This document shows, in pieces, positions 14,401-26,264 of a stretch of 64,000 nucleotides of DNA. How positions within the stretch are numbered: position 1 is the first letter of the stretch; the number at the start of each line of letters is the position of its first letter. The DNA is from Macrostomum lignano. Taxonomy: Eukaryota. Location of the stretch: contig NIVC01002132.1 in assembly GCA_002269645.1 (NCBI GenBank), positions 124,001 to 188,000 of the forward strand, read 5' to 3'. Under the pieces are notes generated by a model. It saw only the letters and a program-made list of their open reading frames with translations, ran no database searches and was not told the DNA's origin. A program made the translations under genes and the position numbers.

Positions 14401-15565
14401 TTGTCACGGAAGGCTACCATAGACACCCGTTTGTCACGGAAGGCTACCATAGACACCCGTTTGTCACGGAAGGCTACCATAGACACCCGTTTGTCACGGA
14501 CAGCTACCATAGACACCCGTTTGTCACGGAAGGCTACCATAGACACCCGTTTGTCACGGAAGGCTACCATAGACACCCGTTTGTCACGGACAGCTACCAT
14601 AGACACCCGTTTGTCACGGACAGCTACCATAGACACCCGTTTGTCACGGAAGGCTACCATAGACACCTGTTTGTCACGGACAGCTACCATAGACACCCGT
14701 TTGTCACGGAAGGCTACCATAGACACCCGTTTGTCACGGAAGGCTACCATAGACACCCGTTTGTCACGGAAGGCTACCATAGACACCGTTTGTCACGGAA
14801 GGCTACCATAGACACCCGTTTGTCACGGACAGCTACCATAGACACCCGTTTGTCACGGAAGGCTACCATAGACACCCGTTTGTCACGGAAGGCTACCATA
14901 GACACCCGTTTGTCACGGAAGGCTACCATAGACACCCGTTTGTCACGGAAGGCTACCATAGACACCCGTTTGTCACGGAAGGCTACCATAGACACCCGTT
15001 TGTCACGGACAGCTACCATAGACACCCGTTTGTCACGGAAGGCTACCATAGACAACCGTTTGTCACGGAAGGCTACCATAGACACCCGTTTGTCACGGAC
15101 AGCTACCATAGACACCCGTTTGTCACGGAAGGCTACCATAGACACCCGTTTGTCACGGAAGGCTACCATAGACACCCGTTTGTCACGGAAGGCTACCATA
15201 GACACCCGTTTGTCACGGAAGGCTACCATAGACACCCGTTTGTCACGGAAGGCTACCATAGACACCCGTTTGTCACGGAAGGCTACCATAGACACCCGTT
15301 TGTCACGGAAGGCTACCATAGACACCCGTTTGTCACGGAAGCTACCATAGACACCCGTTTGTCACGGAAGGCTACCATAGACACCCGTTTGTCACGGAAG
15401 GCTACCATAGACACCCGTTTGTCACGGAAGGCTACCATAGACACCCGTTTGTCACGGAAGGCTACCATAGACAACCGTTTGTCACGGAAGGCTACCATAG
15501 ACACCCGTTTGTCACGGACAGCTACCATAGACACCCGTTTATCACGGAAGGCTACCATAGACAGC
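11424..15565. repeat. 30-bp satellite array (CCCGTTTGTCACGGAAGGCTACCATAGACA), ~138 units
   Basis: Direct tandem periodicity; all ORFs in this interval are repeat translations. Confidence 0.98.
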
Positions 15566-16129
15566 CACCGGTCAATACCGTAGCGCATCAAGCGCTCAGC
15601 TTCACACTTTAAATCCCAGTGAATCGACCTAAATATTGTTATAAGCCCCAATTTTCGGAAAGTTACCGTGAAAATTTTTGTTTTTATTGTTCGATCAATC
15701 TGATTTAAATCATTAAAATTCAAATTCAATCTGACAATAGCTCATGCTGAGAAGAATTTCTAGTTTTTTAATCTCGCCCATTGGTCTCTGGTGTATTGTT
15801 GTGGCTTACGAAAGCATTTTGTTAAATGCTATATAAAATTGTTCGAAAACTATGTTGCTTCTATGTCGACTCCCAGGAGTTGATCCCTCTCAGAGTCAAT
15901 GGGGTGAGGCCTCCATGTTTCTGCCCCAACGGCCCTCTTAGCCAGTCAGCTGTTGTTTGGAGCCCCGATCGGTTGGCATGGCAACGATTAGCTTCCCAAC
16001 ACCCCAGTTTTAGCTCGGCCTAAGAGGCCTAGCTCGCCTTTAAAAACTGAGGGCAAATGAGCGACATGTGCGACTGTCTGCTCCTATCTCAAGTGATTTC
16101 ACCAGCGTTTTTACCTGCAGCAATTGAGT

Positions 16130-19100
16130 ATGAATTCTGCCTTGAATTTGGTGCTCGCTCTGCTTCTGATAGGTAAGAATGCGAATTCTGAATACTACCA
16201 AAAAGTCACGGTTCTGATAGAACAGCTCAAAATCCATGATTGACATTTTGTTTAAAATATGAGAAAGAGCAAGAAAAAGTGCTGTCCGTAAGTTCATTTT
16301 AATACCGTATAATTGTAACACGCGGTATTTGGCAGTGTGAGATCAAAAACACGAAAACCCAGCGAACGATATATTTATTGGCATCAATGTACATATAAAT
16401 CGAGATGTACATTCCTATATACAAAGCGACAATGATTCAGCAATATCCACGAGTTTGCCTCTAAGGCAAGAAATTTCCCATTTTCCCCCCAACAAAAAGA
16501 GTAAAAGCAAATGAGGTAATAAAATCAAACGGTAGCACAAAAAGACAACCAGCTACAACAGATGCAATAAAAGAACAGTCCACACCGGTCTCTGTCTCTC
16601 ACTCAGTGCTCACGCCAAAGAAGTCCGGAGGCCGCCGCTGCCTGGCCGGGTACCGCCGCTCGGTCTGGCTGGTCTCCGGCGCGACCTGGTGGGTCACCGG
16701 CTGCTGGCGGAGCTGGTCAGAGTCGGGCTGGGCTGCGAACCGCTTGCGCAGCCGGTTCACGTGCACCCAGCGGACCGGCCGGCTGCCGAAGGCGCGGCGG
16801 ATGCACACCGAGTGACCGCGCTGCTCAAGCACCGTCCAGCCCGGCTCCCAGTAGGGCGCCGACTTTGAGCGCCGCATTTCGATGCTGAGCAGCACCTTGG
16901 CACCTTGCGGGAACTGCGGCAGGTCCGCCGCCTTCTTGTTGTGAGCGGCCTTCTGCTGCTGCCCGGCGGCTACCAGGTTCTTCTCGATGAACTCGCGGAT
17001 CCGGGCCAGCCGCCGCTCCAGCAGTGCTGAGTAGGTGCCGATGTCGAACTGCTGCTCGCTGCTCTGCACCTCCGGCGAGAGCTGCGGGTCGCGGCCGGTC
17101 ATCACCGTCAGCGGCGCCACATTGGTTGAGCTGTGGACCCTGTAGTTGTAGGACAGGACCACCAGCAGCAGCTGCTCCTCCCAGCTGGACTCAGTCTCGG
17201 CGAACAGCCTCAGCAGCTGCAGCAGCGACTTGTTGCCGCGTTCCACCAGTCCATTTCCCTGCGGATGGTACGGCGTAATGCGCATCTTCTTGATGCCCAG
17301 TGTTTTCAGCGTCTCCTGGAACAGCTCGCTCTCGAAGTTCGCGCCCTGGTCCGAGTGGATGACGGACGGGACTCCGAGCAGAGAGAAGACTTTCACTGCA
17401 GCGTCCGCGATGGTTTTGGCGGTCGGATCTGGCATCGGCACGGCGGTCAGGAACTTGGAGAACTGGTCCTGCATCACCAGTAGGTAGCTGTTGCCTCGGT
17501 CCGATGTCGGCACCTTCAGCACATCGATCGCCACCGTCTGCCAGGGCTTGCCGATCGGCATCTCACCGAGAGGGGCTGCGGGCCGGCGCTGCGCCTTTTT
17601 CAGCTGGCAGGTCTGGCACTCCTGGCAGAAACTCGCGGTCTGCTTCAGCGTGTCGGCCATTTTCTCCGGTCCGAAATGACCGCCGATGCCCTCGTGAATG
17701 TCGGTCAGGAACTGGCGCCGCAGCAACTCCGGAATCACGGGAACCTCCCTCGGTCTTGCAGCGTCGTTGAAGGCCGGGCAGAGAAGGCCGTCTTGAATTC
17801 GCAACTTCCGCCAGATGCGGCTGAGGTGTCGCAGTCTGTTGTCGGACCATCTTGGCGGAGTCGTGCTGTCTTTGGTCACCTGACTGTAGTCGCTCTGTCC
17901 TTGTCGCTGAGCTCAAGGAAGGCCACCAGAGCCTCGCCATCCAGAAACGTTGGCAGATGCAGGTGTTTGTCATTTGTCCACTTGTTGGCTGCTGCACACA
18001 GCTCAAACCGCTGCAGCCACTCATTAAAGTTGCCAGAGCGCCAAAAGTTCTTGGAATCGCGCGGTGGCTGCCCTCTGCCATTCTGAGCTCTGCTACCACT
18101 TGTGACACGCGGTATTTGGCAGTGTGAGATCAAAAACACGAAAACCCTGCGGGGCAGCGAACGATATATTTATTGACATCAATGTACATATAGATCGAGA
18201 TGTACATTCCTATATTTAAAGCGACAATGATTCAGCAATATCTACGAGTTTGCCTCTAAGGCAAGGAATAAAACATTACGAGCGTACGAATGATTTCTGC
18301 AAAAGCGGTATCATTGCTCTAAAAACACTTCCAGGTCTCGTCTGCCCGTTAGCAGCCGAAGAGGCAAATTTAAGCGAAGTTTTTCGTCTGGCACAGTCGC
18401 TCACTGGCTCGGTCGTTACCGTGGGGCAGGGGACGAACAGCTGCAAGACTGTGGAAGTTCTGCAGGGCATCCGCAGCAGCGTTGAGTGCCTTTTCCGGTG
18501 CAGCAGCTCAGGCTGTGCAGCTGCGGCGTTCAAGGACGGCGTCTGCAGGACTGTTCATGTTGAGCCTGTGCTGTTCCGTCTGGCCAGGCCGGAATGCAAC
18601 ACAACCTTCAATGGCACCAGCGGTGAAATGGTCTTTGTTTCACAGAAGATCAACATCCTGTGGAACATCACCTATAATACATATAGAAGTGAGCAGTTGC
18701 CTTCTAATGCTCAGATTTCAATGAGATATAAGACTTCCTCAAAGATTTGCTTATTACGGCATACTGCTTCGCATTCCAGACAGCAGCTCGGGCCGGACCG
18801 GCTCCATCCAGACCCTGACGGTGAACGAGACCGGCTGCTACCGCATGGAGGCGCTCGGAGCCAGAGGCGGCAGCTCCAACCCGGCCTTCAGCCCCGTCTA
18901 CACCGGCGGATTCGGCGCCCGCATCGGAGGCAGCTTCAACCTGACGGCGGGAACGCAGCTCAGCCTGGTGATCGGACAGCGGGGCGGCGACGCCACTCAA
19001 AGTTACAACCACGCCGCTTCTGGCGGCGGCGGCGGCACCTTCGTGTACCGGAGCTCGGACAACTTGCTGTACCTGGCTGCTGGCGGAGGCGGCGGTGGCT

Positions 19101-19751
19101 CCATCGGATACAAAGGTATAAATTCAGATACAGGCTATGAATTAAGAATAACATGATACTTCTAACGTGATTTCACTTCTAACGATACCAACGATTCTAA
19201 AGTACTTTTAATGGTGATCACCGTAGTGCATTTAGGTGACTCACAGCTCCGATCTTTGCTATCTTTGTGGCCTCAACGCAGGCGTGAACGGATCGGCTGG
19301 TCCAAACGGAACCGACTCGGTCGGCACGGCTTCCTACGTCGGCTACGGCGGTGCGAACGGGCAGCCCGGGAGCTACGGACCGTCTACAAGGACATACAAG
19401 GGCGGCCTGGGAGCCGGCTGGCTGGGAGTGGCCATCTCCAGGACCAGAACCTGCTACGGCGATCGCGGAGGCGGCATCAGCCAGGGCTGGGTCGGCGGCG
19501 TCGCCGGACACGGCAACGAGGGCGCTGTCGGAGGCTTCGGTGGAGGCGGAGGCGGCAGCCATCAAAGCGGCGCTGCCGGAGGCGGTGGCGGCTTCAGCGG
19601 CGGCGCTGCCGGTAGCTGGTATCCGCAGGCCGGCGGCGGCGGCGGCTCCTTCTGCTCCGGCGTCGGCTGCAGCGGCGAGTCGGGCGGCAACTCGCTGAGC
19701 GACAGCGGCCTGCTGCTGTTCGGCCTGATCCGCCCTGGCAGCTGCGCCTGA
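16130..19751 (+). CDS. Secreted glycine-rich (ALK/LTK-like, Gly_rich) domain protein, copy 2, intact, 400 aa. Exons 16130-16172, 18335-18688, 18780-19115, 19282-19751
   Basis: Phase-compatible GT-AG exons total 1203 nt. Signal peptide MNSALNLVLALLLIGLVCPLAA; Cys-rich PAN/apple-like segment (CKTV..ECLFRCSSSGC..GVC); TGCYRMEALGARGG..GARIGGSFNL..LVIGQRG..GGGGGTFV..LYLAAGGGGG; no TM segment or kinase. Confidence 0.85.
16314..18275 (-). mobile_element. Internally deleted Ty3/Gypsy LTR retrotransposon (gag N-terminus plus integrase, no PR/RT/RNaseH) in intron 1 of glycine-rich gene copy 2
   Basis: LTRs 16314-16480 and 18101-18275 (TG..CA). PBS TGGTAGCAGAGC (initiator-Met tRNA type) next to the 18101 LTR end; PPT GGGGGGAAAA next to 16480; no clear TSD. 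Confidence 0.9.
16599..17879 (-). CDS. Retroviral-type integrase of the Gypsy element
   Basis: HHCC motif (IHEGIGGHFG..CQECQTCQ); DDE triad (AIDVL, HSDQGANF, NGLVERGN); 426-aa open frame. Confidence 0.9.
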   Translation of the reverse strand: MTKDSTTPPRWSDNRLRHLSRIWRKLRIQDGLLCPAFNDAARPREVPVIPELLRRQFLTDIHEGIGGHFGPEKMADTLKQTASFCQECQTCQLKKAQRRPAAPLGEMPIGKPWQTVAIDVLKVPTSDRGNSYLLVMQDQFSKFLTAVPMPDPTAKTIADAAVKVFSLLGVPSVIHSDQGANFESELFQETLKTLGIKKMRITPYHPQGNGLVERGNKSLLQLLRLFAETESSWEEQLLLVVLSYNYRVHSSTNVAPLTVMTGRDPQLSPEVQSSEQQFDIGTYSALLERRLARIREFIEKNLVAAGQQQKAAHNKKAADLPQFPQGAKVLLSIEMRRSKSAPYWEPGWTVLEQRGHSVCIRRAFGSRPVRWVHVNRLRKRFAAQPDSDQLRQQPVTHQVAPETSQTERRYPARQRRPPDFFGVSTE

Positions 19752-20692
19752 GCCGGCCATGCCTTCTACTGGAGGCAAAAAGACAAAATTTTGTGGTTTG
19801 GATGACTCTGACAACTTGGCGTTTGAGTTTAGGACAGGTTTCGACCAACACGTGTTTTTGACTGACCTTTGCGGACACTGCATAGCTGATGCTGCTATTG
19901 AGATTGTTTAAATGTTTAATCAACTTAAGTTCTTTTCTTAATCTTTATTAACACACGATACGCTTGGCATACGATAAACGTTCCTTGCTTTATACTCTAT
20001 GATAAACTGTAAACCTTCAGTTATCAAATTACGCAAAATTAATTTTCAAATAGGTTTCAGACTTCTTACGAGACGGAATTAAAATTTATGCTATGTTCTC
20101 TACTGAAGCTGATGAGATGTTTTGTTCCTGTTTAAATGTTTAAAAAACTTAATCAACTTAAGTCAAATATGGCTTTTCTCTTGTTAATCTTTATTAACAC
20201 ACGATACGCTTGGGCATACGATAAACGTTCCTTGCTTTATACTCTATGATAAACTGTAAACCTTCAGTTATCAAATTACGCAAAATTAATTTTCAAAATA
20301 GGTTTCAGCCAACCTAATGCCATCATTTTTTAATAATATTTTAATAACACTTCTACTATTTATTAAATTCTGTGTTCATATTTAAAATTTTGCTTGTTGT
20401 TTCTACGGATCGTATTTTCGAAATCTGAACCCACTCTTTTGTCAACAAAATATTTTCCCTTGTGGCAATAAACTGTTGAATTATTTTCTTTAAGACTTTA
20501 GAATAGCACTTGCATATAAACTGTACGTTTTACTGAAGGCTGCTGCAGTAACTTATTAAACTTATTTCAGCTTTGTCAAAGAACCAGTTTTTTGTTTATG
20601 TCAGAGAATTCCCCGTTTTGGTAAAAAATGCTTACACAAAAATTAAATTTGAGTTTATTGAAAGCCACCGCGTGTCGTCTAAGCATGACAGC

Positions 20693-21032
20693 GGGGGCGT
20701 AGCCCAGTGGTCTGGCGCGGCGCTCTGATGTGCCAGCGACCCAGGCTCGATTCCAAGTGCAGTCACATTAATTTTTTGGGCGGCTAAATTGGAATCTCGG
20801 CTTGGCTCTGCTCGTGCAATTAACGCCCAGCTTAAGGGCCAACCCCCAAGGCGCAGTGAAGTGTACATGCCTAACGATAAAATAAAGTGAGGGCCGCTGT
20901 ACACTCCTGTGTGAGTGTGTGTCTGTGCGTATGACTGCGTACGTATCCGCGCGCTTGTGTGCCTGCTCAGGGGAGTCGGCGGAATGGCAGTAATGCCTCT
21001 CGCCGGTTGTGTGACAATGCTCGCTTAAAGTG
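20693..21032 (+). mobile_element. tRNA-derived SINE, family B copy 1
   Basis: A box TAGCCCAGTGG (20700), B box GGCTCGATTCC (20744); colinear second copy at 57130. Confidence 0.75.
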
Positions 21033-21227
21033 CGCCACAGGCCCTGGTTCTGCAACACACCACAGGCCCTGCTTCAAGCAACTGAAAGTTTGCGTCGAAG
21101 CGCCATGCATTCAGTAGTTGGGCAGAACAGTACGAGACGTTCACATGTTTTACATGTAGCTACTATATGTGCGATTGATCTCATTAAGCTACTTGAAGTA
21201 AACTGTTCCAGTCATTGCGGAACTGTT

Positions 21228-22195
21228 CCAGGACTCATGACTTCACCACTCATTAACTGACCAGCTCCTCCATTCTTATTCATGAGTGTTCCATTCTGTT
21301 CCGCTCTGAACTGTTCCAGGACTCATGACTTCACCACTCATTAACTGACCAGCTCCTCCATTCTGTTCCGCTCTGAACTGTTCCAGGACTCATGACTTCA
21401 CCACTCATTAACTGACCAGCTCCTCCATTCTGTTCCGCTCTGAACTGTTCCAGGACTCATGACTTCACCACTCATTAACTGACCAGCTCCTCCATTCTGT
21501 TCCGCTCTGAACTGTTCCAGGACTCATGACTTCACCACTCATTAACTGACCAGCTCCTCCATTCTGTTCCGCTCTGAACTGTCCAGGACTCATGACTTCA
21601 CCACTCATTAACTGACCAGCTCCTCCATTCTGTTCCGCTCTGAACTGTTCCAGGACTCATGACTTCACCACTCATTAACTGACCAGCTCCTCCATTCTGT
21701 TCCGCTCTGAACTGTTCCAGGACTCATGACTTCACCACTCATTAACTGGCTCATTCTGTTCCGCCTGAACTGCTCCTTCACCACTCATTAACTGACCAGC
21801 TCCTCCATTCTGAACTGTTCCAGGACTCATGACTTCACCACTCATTAACTGACCAGCTCCTCCATTCTGTTCCGCTCTGAACTGTTCCAGGACTCATGAC
21901 TTCACCACTCATTAACTGACCAGCTCCTCCATTCTGTTCCGCTCTGAACTGTTCCAGGACTCATGACTTCACCACTCATTAACTGACCAGCTCCTCCATT
22001 CTGTTCCGCTCTGAACTGTTCCAGGACTCATGACTTCACCACTCATTAACTGACCAGCTCCTCCATTCTGTTCCGCTCTGAACTGTTCAGAGCGGAACAG
22101 AATGGACCAGCTCCTCCATTCTGTTCCGCTCTGACTGTTCCACTCATGACTTCAGACCAGCTCCTCCATTCTGTTCCGCTCTGAACTCCAGACTC
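21228..22195. repeat. 67-bp minisatellite, ~14 units, decaying at its right end
   Basis: Unit GACTCATGACTTCACCACTCATTAACTGACCAGCTCCTCCATTCTGTTCCGCTCTGAACTGTTCCAG; period checked at 21320/21387. Confidence 0.95.
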
Positions 22196-22200
22196 ATCGG

Positions 22201-23512
22201 CTCAGCCCCGAGCTCCGGTGAGTTTTCATCTGACGAAAGCCCAACTGGCTCAGCCGCCTTCAAGCTCGGGTGGAGAAGAACGTTTGCAAGTTGGTGCACA
22301 CTCTCCAGGACACTCCAGCACCGCTGAGGGCCAGCAGCTCTTCTCGGCTGTGGCCTTCAAGAACGGAGTCTGTCAGATGGTTCGGTGGTTCGCGATTCCT
22401 GCGTTGTATGCGAAGATCATGGAGTGCGACATCGAAAACGAATTCAAAGCCACACGGGACGAGGAGGTCCTTGTGTCAGAAAATTTCAATCTGAGCAAAG
22501 CCGTCATCGTCTATAGAAGTGAGGCCTTTGCTGAACTTTTTGTGTGTGAGTTTTGATCGCACAGCGACACCGGAGCTCACAGAGGAGCTGACCCGCATTC
22601 CAGACAGCAGCTCGGGCAGGACCGGCTCCATCCAGACCCTGACGGTGAACGAGACCGGCTGCTACCGCATGGAGGCGCTCGGAGCCAGAGGCGGCAGCTC
22701 CAACCCGGCCTACAGTCCCGTCTACACCGGCGGATTCGGCGCCCGCATCGGAGGCAGCTTCAACCTGACGGCGGGAACGCAGCTCAGCCTGGTGATCGGA
22801 CAGCGGGGCGGCAACGCGACTCAAAGTTACAACCACGCAGCTTCTGGCGGCGGCGGCGGCACCTTCGTGTACCGGAGCTCGGACAACCTGCTGTACCTGG
22901 CTGCCGGCGGAGGCGGCGGTGGCTCCATCGGATACAAGGGTATAAATTCAGATACAGGCTATTATGATCAACATGTAATACTGCATGTGCATTTAGGTGA
23001 CTCACAGCTCCGATCTTTGCTATCTTTGTGGCCTCAACGCAGGCGTGAACGGATCGGCTGGTCCAAACGGAACCGACTCTGTCGGCACGGCTTCCTACGT
23101 CGGCTACGGCGGTGCGAACGGGCAGCCCGGGAGCTACGGACCGTCATCAAGGTCATTCAAGGGCGGCCTGGGAGCCGGCTGGCTGGGAGTGGCCATCTCC
23201 AGGACCAGAACCTGCTACGGCGATCGTGGAGGCGGTATCAACGAGAGCTGGATTGGCGGCGTCGCCGGACACGGCAACAAGGGTGCCGTCGGAGGCTTCG
23301 GTGGAGGCGGAGGTGGCAGCCATCAAAGCGGCGCTGCCGGAGGCGGTGGCGGCTTCAGCGGCGGCGGAGCCGGTAGCTGGTATCCGCAGGCCGGCGGCGG
23401 CGGCGGCTCCTTCTGCTCCGGCGTCGGCTGCAGGGGCGAGTCGGGCGGCAACTCGCTCAGCGACAGCGGCCTGCTGCTGTTTTGGAAGAAACGCTTTGGC
23501 AGCTGCGCCTGA
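22201..23512 (+). pseudogene. Glycine-rich (ALK/LTK-like) domain gene, copy 3. Exons 22604-22939 and 23043-23512 intact; N-terminal exon frameshifted; signal exon not found
   Basis: Last two exons have the same lengths (336, 470 nt) and near-identical protein to copy 2. Upstream exon (ends 22518) is split over frames and abuts the 67-bp array. Confidence 0.7.
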
Positions 23513-24690
23513 GTTGCGAAGTGGAAGCCGAAAGCTGGAAGCTACCAGGCACAGTCGAAGACGCCACCAGAGGAGCTGCTGTGCTTACTGATTTACTTAG
23601 TTATATGCTAATAATATAATTTTGAGCCTGTGATTAATCAATAGATTTTATAAGTGATGCCGCACGAAACAAAATTTCCTGCAGAAGTTTGAACTTTTTT
23701 AGCGGTCTCTGTTGCCAATGCGTTCAATTGTCTCGTAGTAAGACCAGATTGTATCCCTAATTAATTTATGAATGTTGCTTCAATTTGAAAGCTGAACTGT
23801 TTCTCTATCCAAATCTGAATATGAACTCTAATTCTAATCTAAATATACTAAATCTCTAATCGTCTACTATAGCTATTAAATTTAAAGCAGAATTTCACAA
23901 GCAAAATTGTCTGCTATCAGCGGCAAATTTGGAACAGCCAGCCATAATTTGCCATGCCCCACTCGAACCCATTCTTCTTATTACTACAAGTAGGCCTATA
24001 AGGGTCTATGACAGAATAATTGACAAATACGCTCGTACTACAGAGATGTCAATTCGGTGCAGTCCCTGTAGCGGTTAGCAAACTTTATCTATACGTAAAT
24101 GTGACTACGTAATGTGCAGATAGAGCAGGGTTTTCAGATGTTTTGACGCAAAAAACGCAAATTATACTACTATCTGAAAATGAAGTAAGTAGTATACAAA
24201 AACGCTATCCTAAGCGTGATATGGAAATATGTAGTCGTAATAATCCATGTGCTCATATATGTACATTAATTCCATGTACATTATTCCCTATCTATCTCAA
24301 ATTGTACATTAATTCCATGTACATTAATCCCTATCCCAAATTGTCTATCCCCAATTCTACATGTACACTCACATTAATCTACAGTGTCATCCCCAGCGCG
24401 CGCACACCCCAAGATTACAACTCGAAACCCTACTACATGTACAATATCATCCAAATGAGTCAACACCCAAGTTTTACAAACCACGTTATATACATATTCC
24501 TATTTATATGTCAATTATTCAAAATCTACATGTAGCTGATTACACTACTACCTTTAGTAGAGTTACAAATCAAGATTCTATTGAAAAAGACTGTATTCAT
24601 ATAGTTTTCACATTGGAAAAGCGTATATTTTTTCATTTCAATAATTGAAAAAGAGAGCAAAAACAGTAAGAGACAACAGCAAGTTGAGAC

Positions 24691-25149
24691 TTAATTATAG
24701 CCTGTACTACCAAACCCTCCTGCACCGCGAATTGAGTGGCTGCCAGCGGCCTCCTCTTCGCCATTCCCTCTATAGAGATCCCTTACAACTACGGGAGCAA
24801 TCATTACACGCTCCAAAACTAATTGAGCGATACGGTAGCCCCGAGTTATGAACCAGTCCGCACTGCCATGATTAAATATCACCACAGTCAATTCTCCAGT
24901 ATAGTCAGGGTCGATCACGCCGGCGCCCACTTGTATAGACTTGCGCAACGCCAGCCCAGACCGGCCGGCAATCCGAGCGTAGGTCCCATCAGGCGGTTGG
25001 ATCGAAATTCCGAGAGGCACCTGCGCAACCGACCCTGCCCGGACAACCACATCTTCAGAGGCAAAGAGATCGTAGCCAACAGAACCGATCGTCTGGCGAG
25101 CCGGCGGGCGGGCACCTTCAGTCAGCAGCGACACCTTTAAAGCAGCCAT
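24691..25149 (-). CDS. dut: dUTPase (trimeric family), left-arm copy, intronless, 152 aa from MAALKV
   Basis: All five motifs: GSVGYDL, IAGRSGLA, GVIDPDYTGE, GYRIAQL, RGAGGFGSTG. Confidence 0.97.
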   Translation of the reverse strand: MAALKVSLLTEGARPPARQTIGSVGYDLFASEDVVVRAGSVAQVPLGISIQPPDGTYARIAGRSGLALRKSIQVGAGVIDPDYTGELTVVIFNHGSADWFITRGYRIAQLVLERVMIAPVVVRDLYRGNGEEEAAGSHSIRGAGGFGSTGYN

Positions 25150-26264
25150 GATGACGTAGCTGGAATTGGTGAGTTTGCGGTTATAATCAGTCACAGTGTT
25201 TACACACGGAATGGTTTATAGTTTTTTTTCATTCTAAATATCATTAATCGAAAAAATGGTAAAAATCTCAACGCAATATTTAAATTTTGCAAAACAATTT
25301 ATTTGAAAAGAATGTGCATGTGGATAGCGTAAGTGTGCATACACAACATTTATAGCGAGTCGAGATATATACTATGGGTGCATGAAAATTTAGATTGAGT
25401 GCAGACACAACACTTGATATAAAACAAGATATGTACAAGGTGCATGAAAATAAAAATGCGTGCAGACACAACATTAAATTGTCAACAATATTAACAAAGC
25501 CCCGAGCCGGGGAATAATCTGTCCAACTCTTCAGCGACCTCCTCATGGAGGTCAGCCTCATACACCCGCCGCTCCTTCACCGCCGTGTAATACGCACGCT
25601 CCTCAGAGCGGCTGCCAAAACAATAGTCGGCTAGCTAGAAAAGGGAATGGGCGGGGAAAGTTTTCCGCTATAATGCATTGAAATTTTGAATCAGCAATTA
25701 GTTGCTAAATGAAAAGTTTTCGGATAAAATGCAATTATTTACCATGTCCAAGTCTGGCTCGCGGCACCAACGCCGCAAAAACTCTTGGTAGGTTGCCTCG
25801 CCATCGTCGTCAGCAGCACCAACAGCAGCCTTTTCACTAGCAGCAGCGTCAGTACTGTGCTGCTGCTGCTGCTGCTGCAGCCCCATCCGAGGGGCTAAAT
25901 TGATGCCCAATCGGCAGCGGCTCGTCTTCTTATTCTTCAGTTGCCGCGGTTGCTGATTCAGACTGCTGCTGCTGCCTTCAATAGTCGCGGCGGCAGCGGT
26001 GGCGACTGCGGCATATTCGCAAGGGCTGGCTCCCAGCAGCCCACAGTCATTACCGGGCTGGCAACATTCATTGCCGCAGTAGCTACCGCCGCACCAACCT
26101 TGAAAGTCGTCAACGCTGCTAGTGTCTCCACTGATGCTACTGCTGCTGCTGCTGCTGCTGCCGCTACTACTGTTGTTGCTGTTGTCAGACTTACACGCCA
26201 GACTTAAAACCGGTCGGGCGGTAGATCGAAGCGGCGGGTTCCGGCCTACTCGACCGCCCCCAAC

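Noticed and set aside
11424-15565. CRISPR-like array or long repetitive ORFs (SRKATIDTRL)n
   Set aside because: Units are contiguous with no unique spacers, there are no cas genes and the context is eukaryotic; the ORFs are satellite translations.
18250-19140. 296-aa ORF as annotated
   Set aside because: It starts in the LTR and reads through introns; the real protein needs the four-exon model.
19906-20307. ~150-bp AT-rich direct duplication (and a ~62-bp triplication at 5630-5815)
   Set aside because: Ordinary local tandem duplications with no coding or element hallmarks.
20693-20765. Functional tRNA genes (also 35080-35149, 46609-46680, 57130-57195)
   Set aside because: A/B boxes are present but run into shared SINE bodies, and no complete cloverleaf is evident.
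21228-22195. CRISPR-like 67-bp repeats
   Set aside because: No variable spacers; plain minisatellite.
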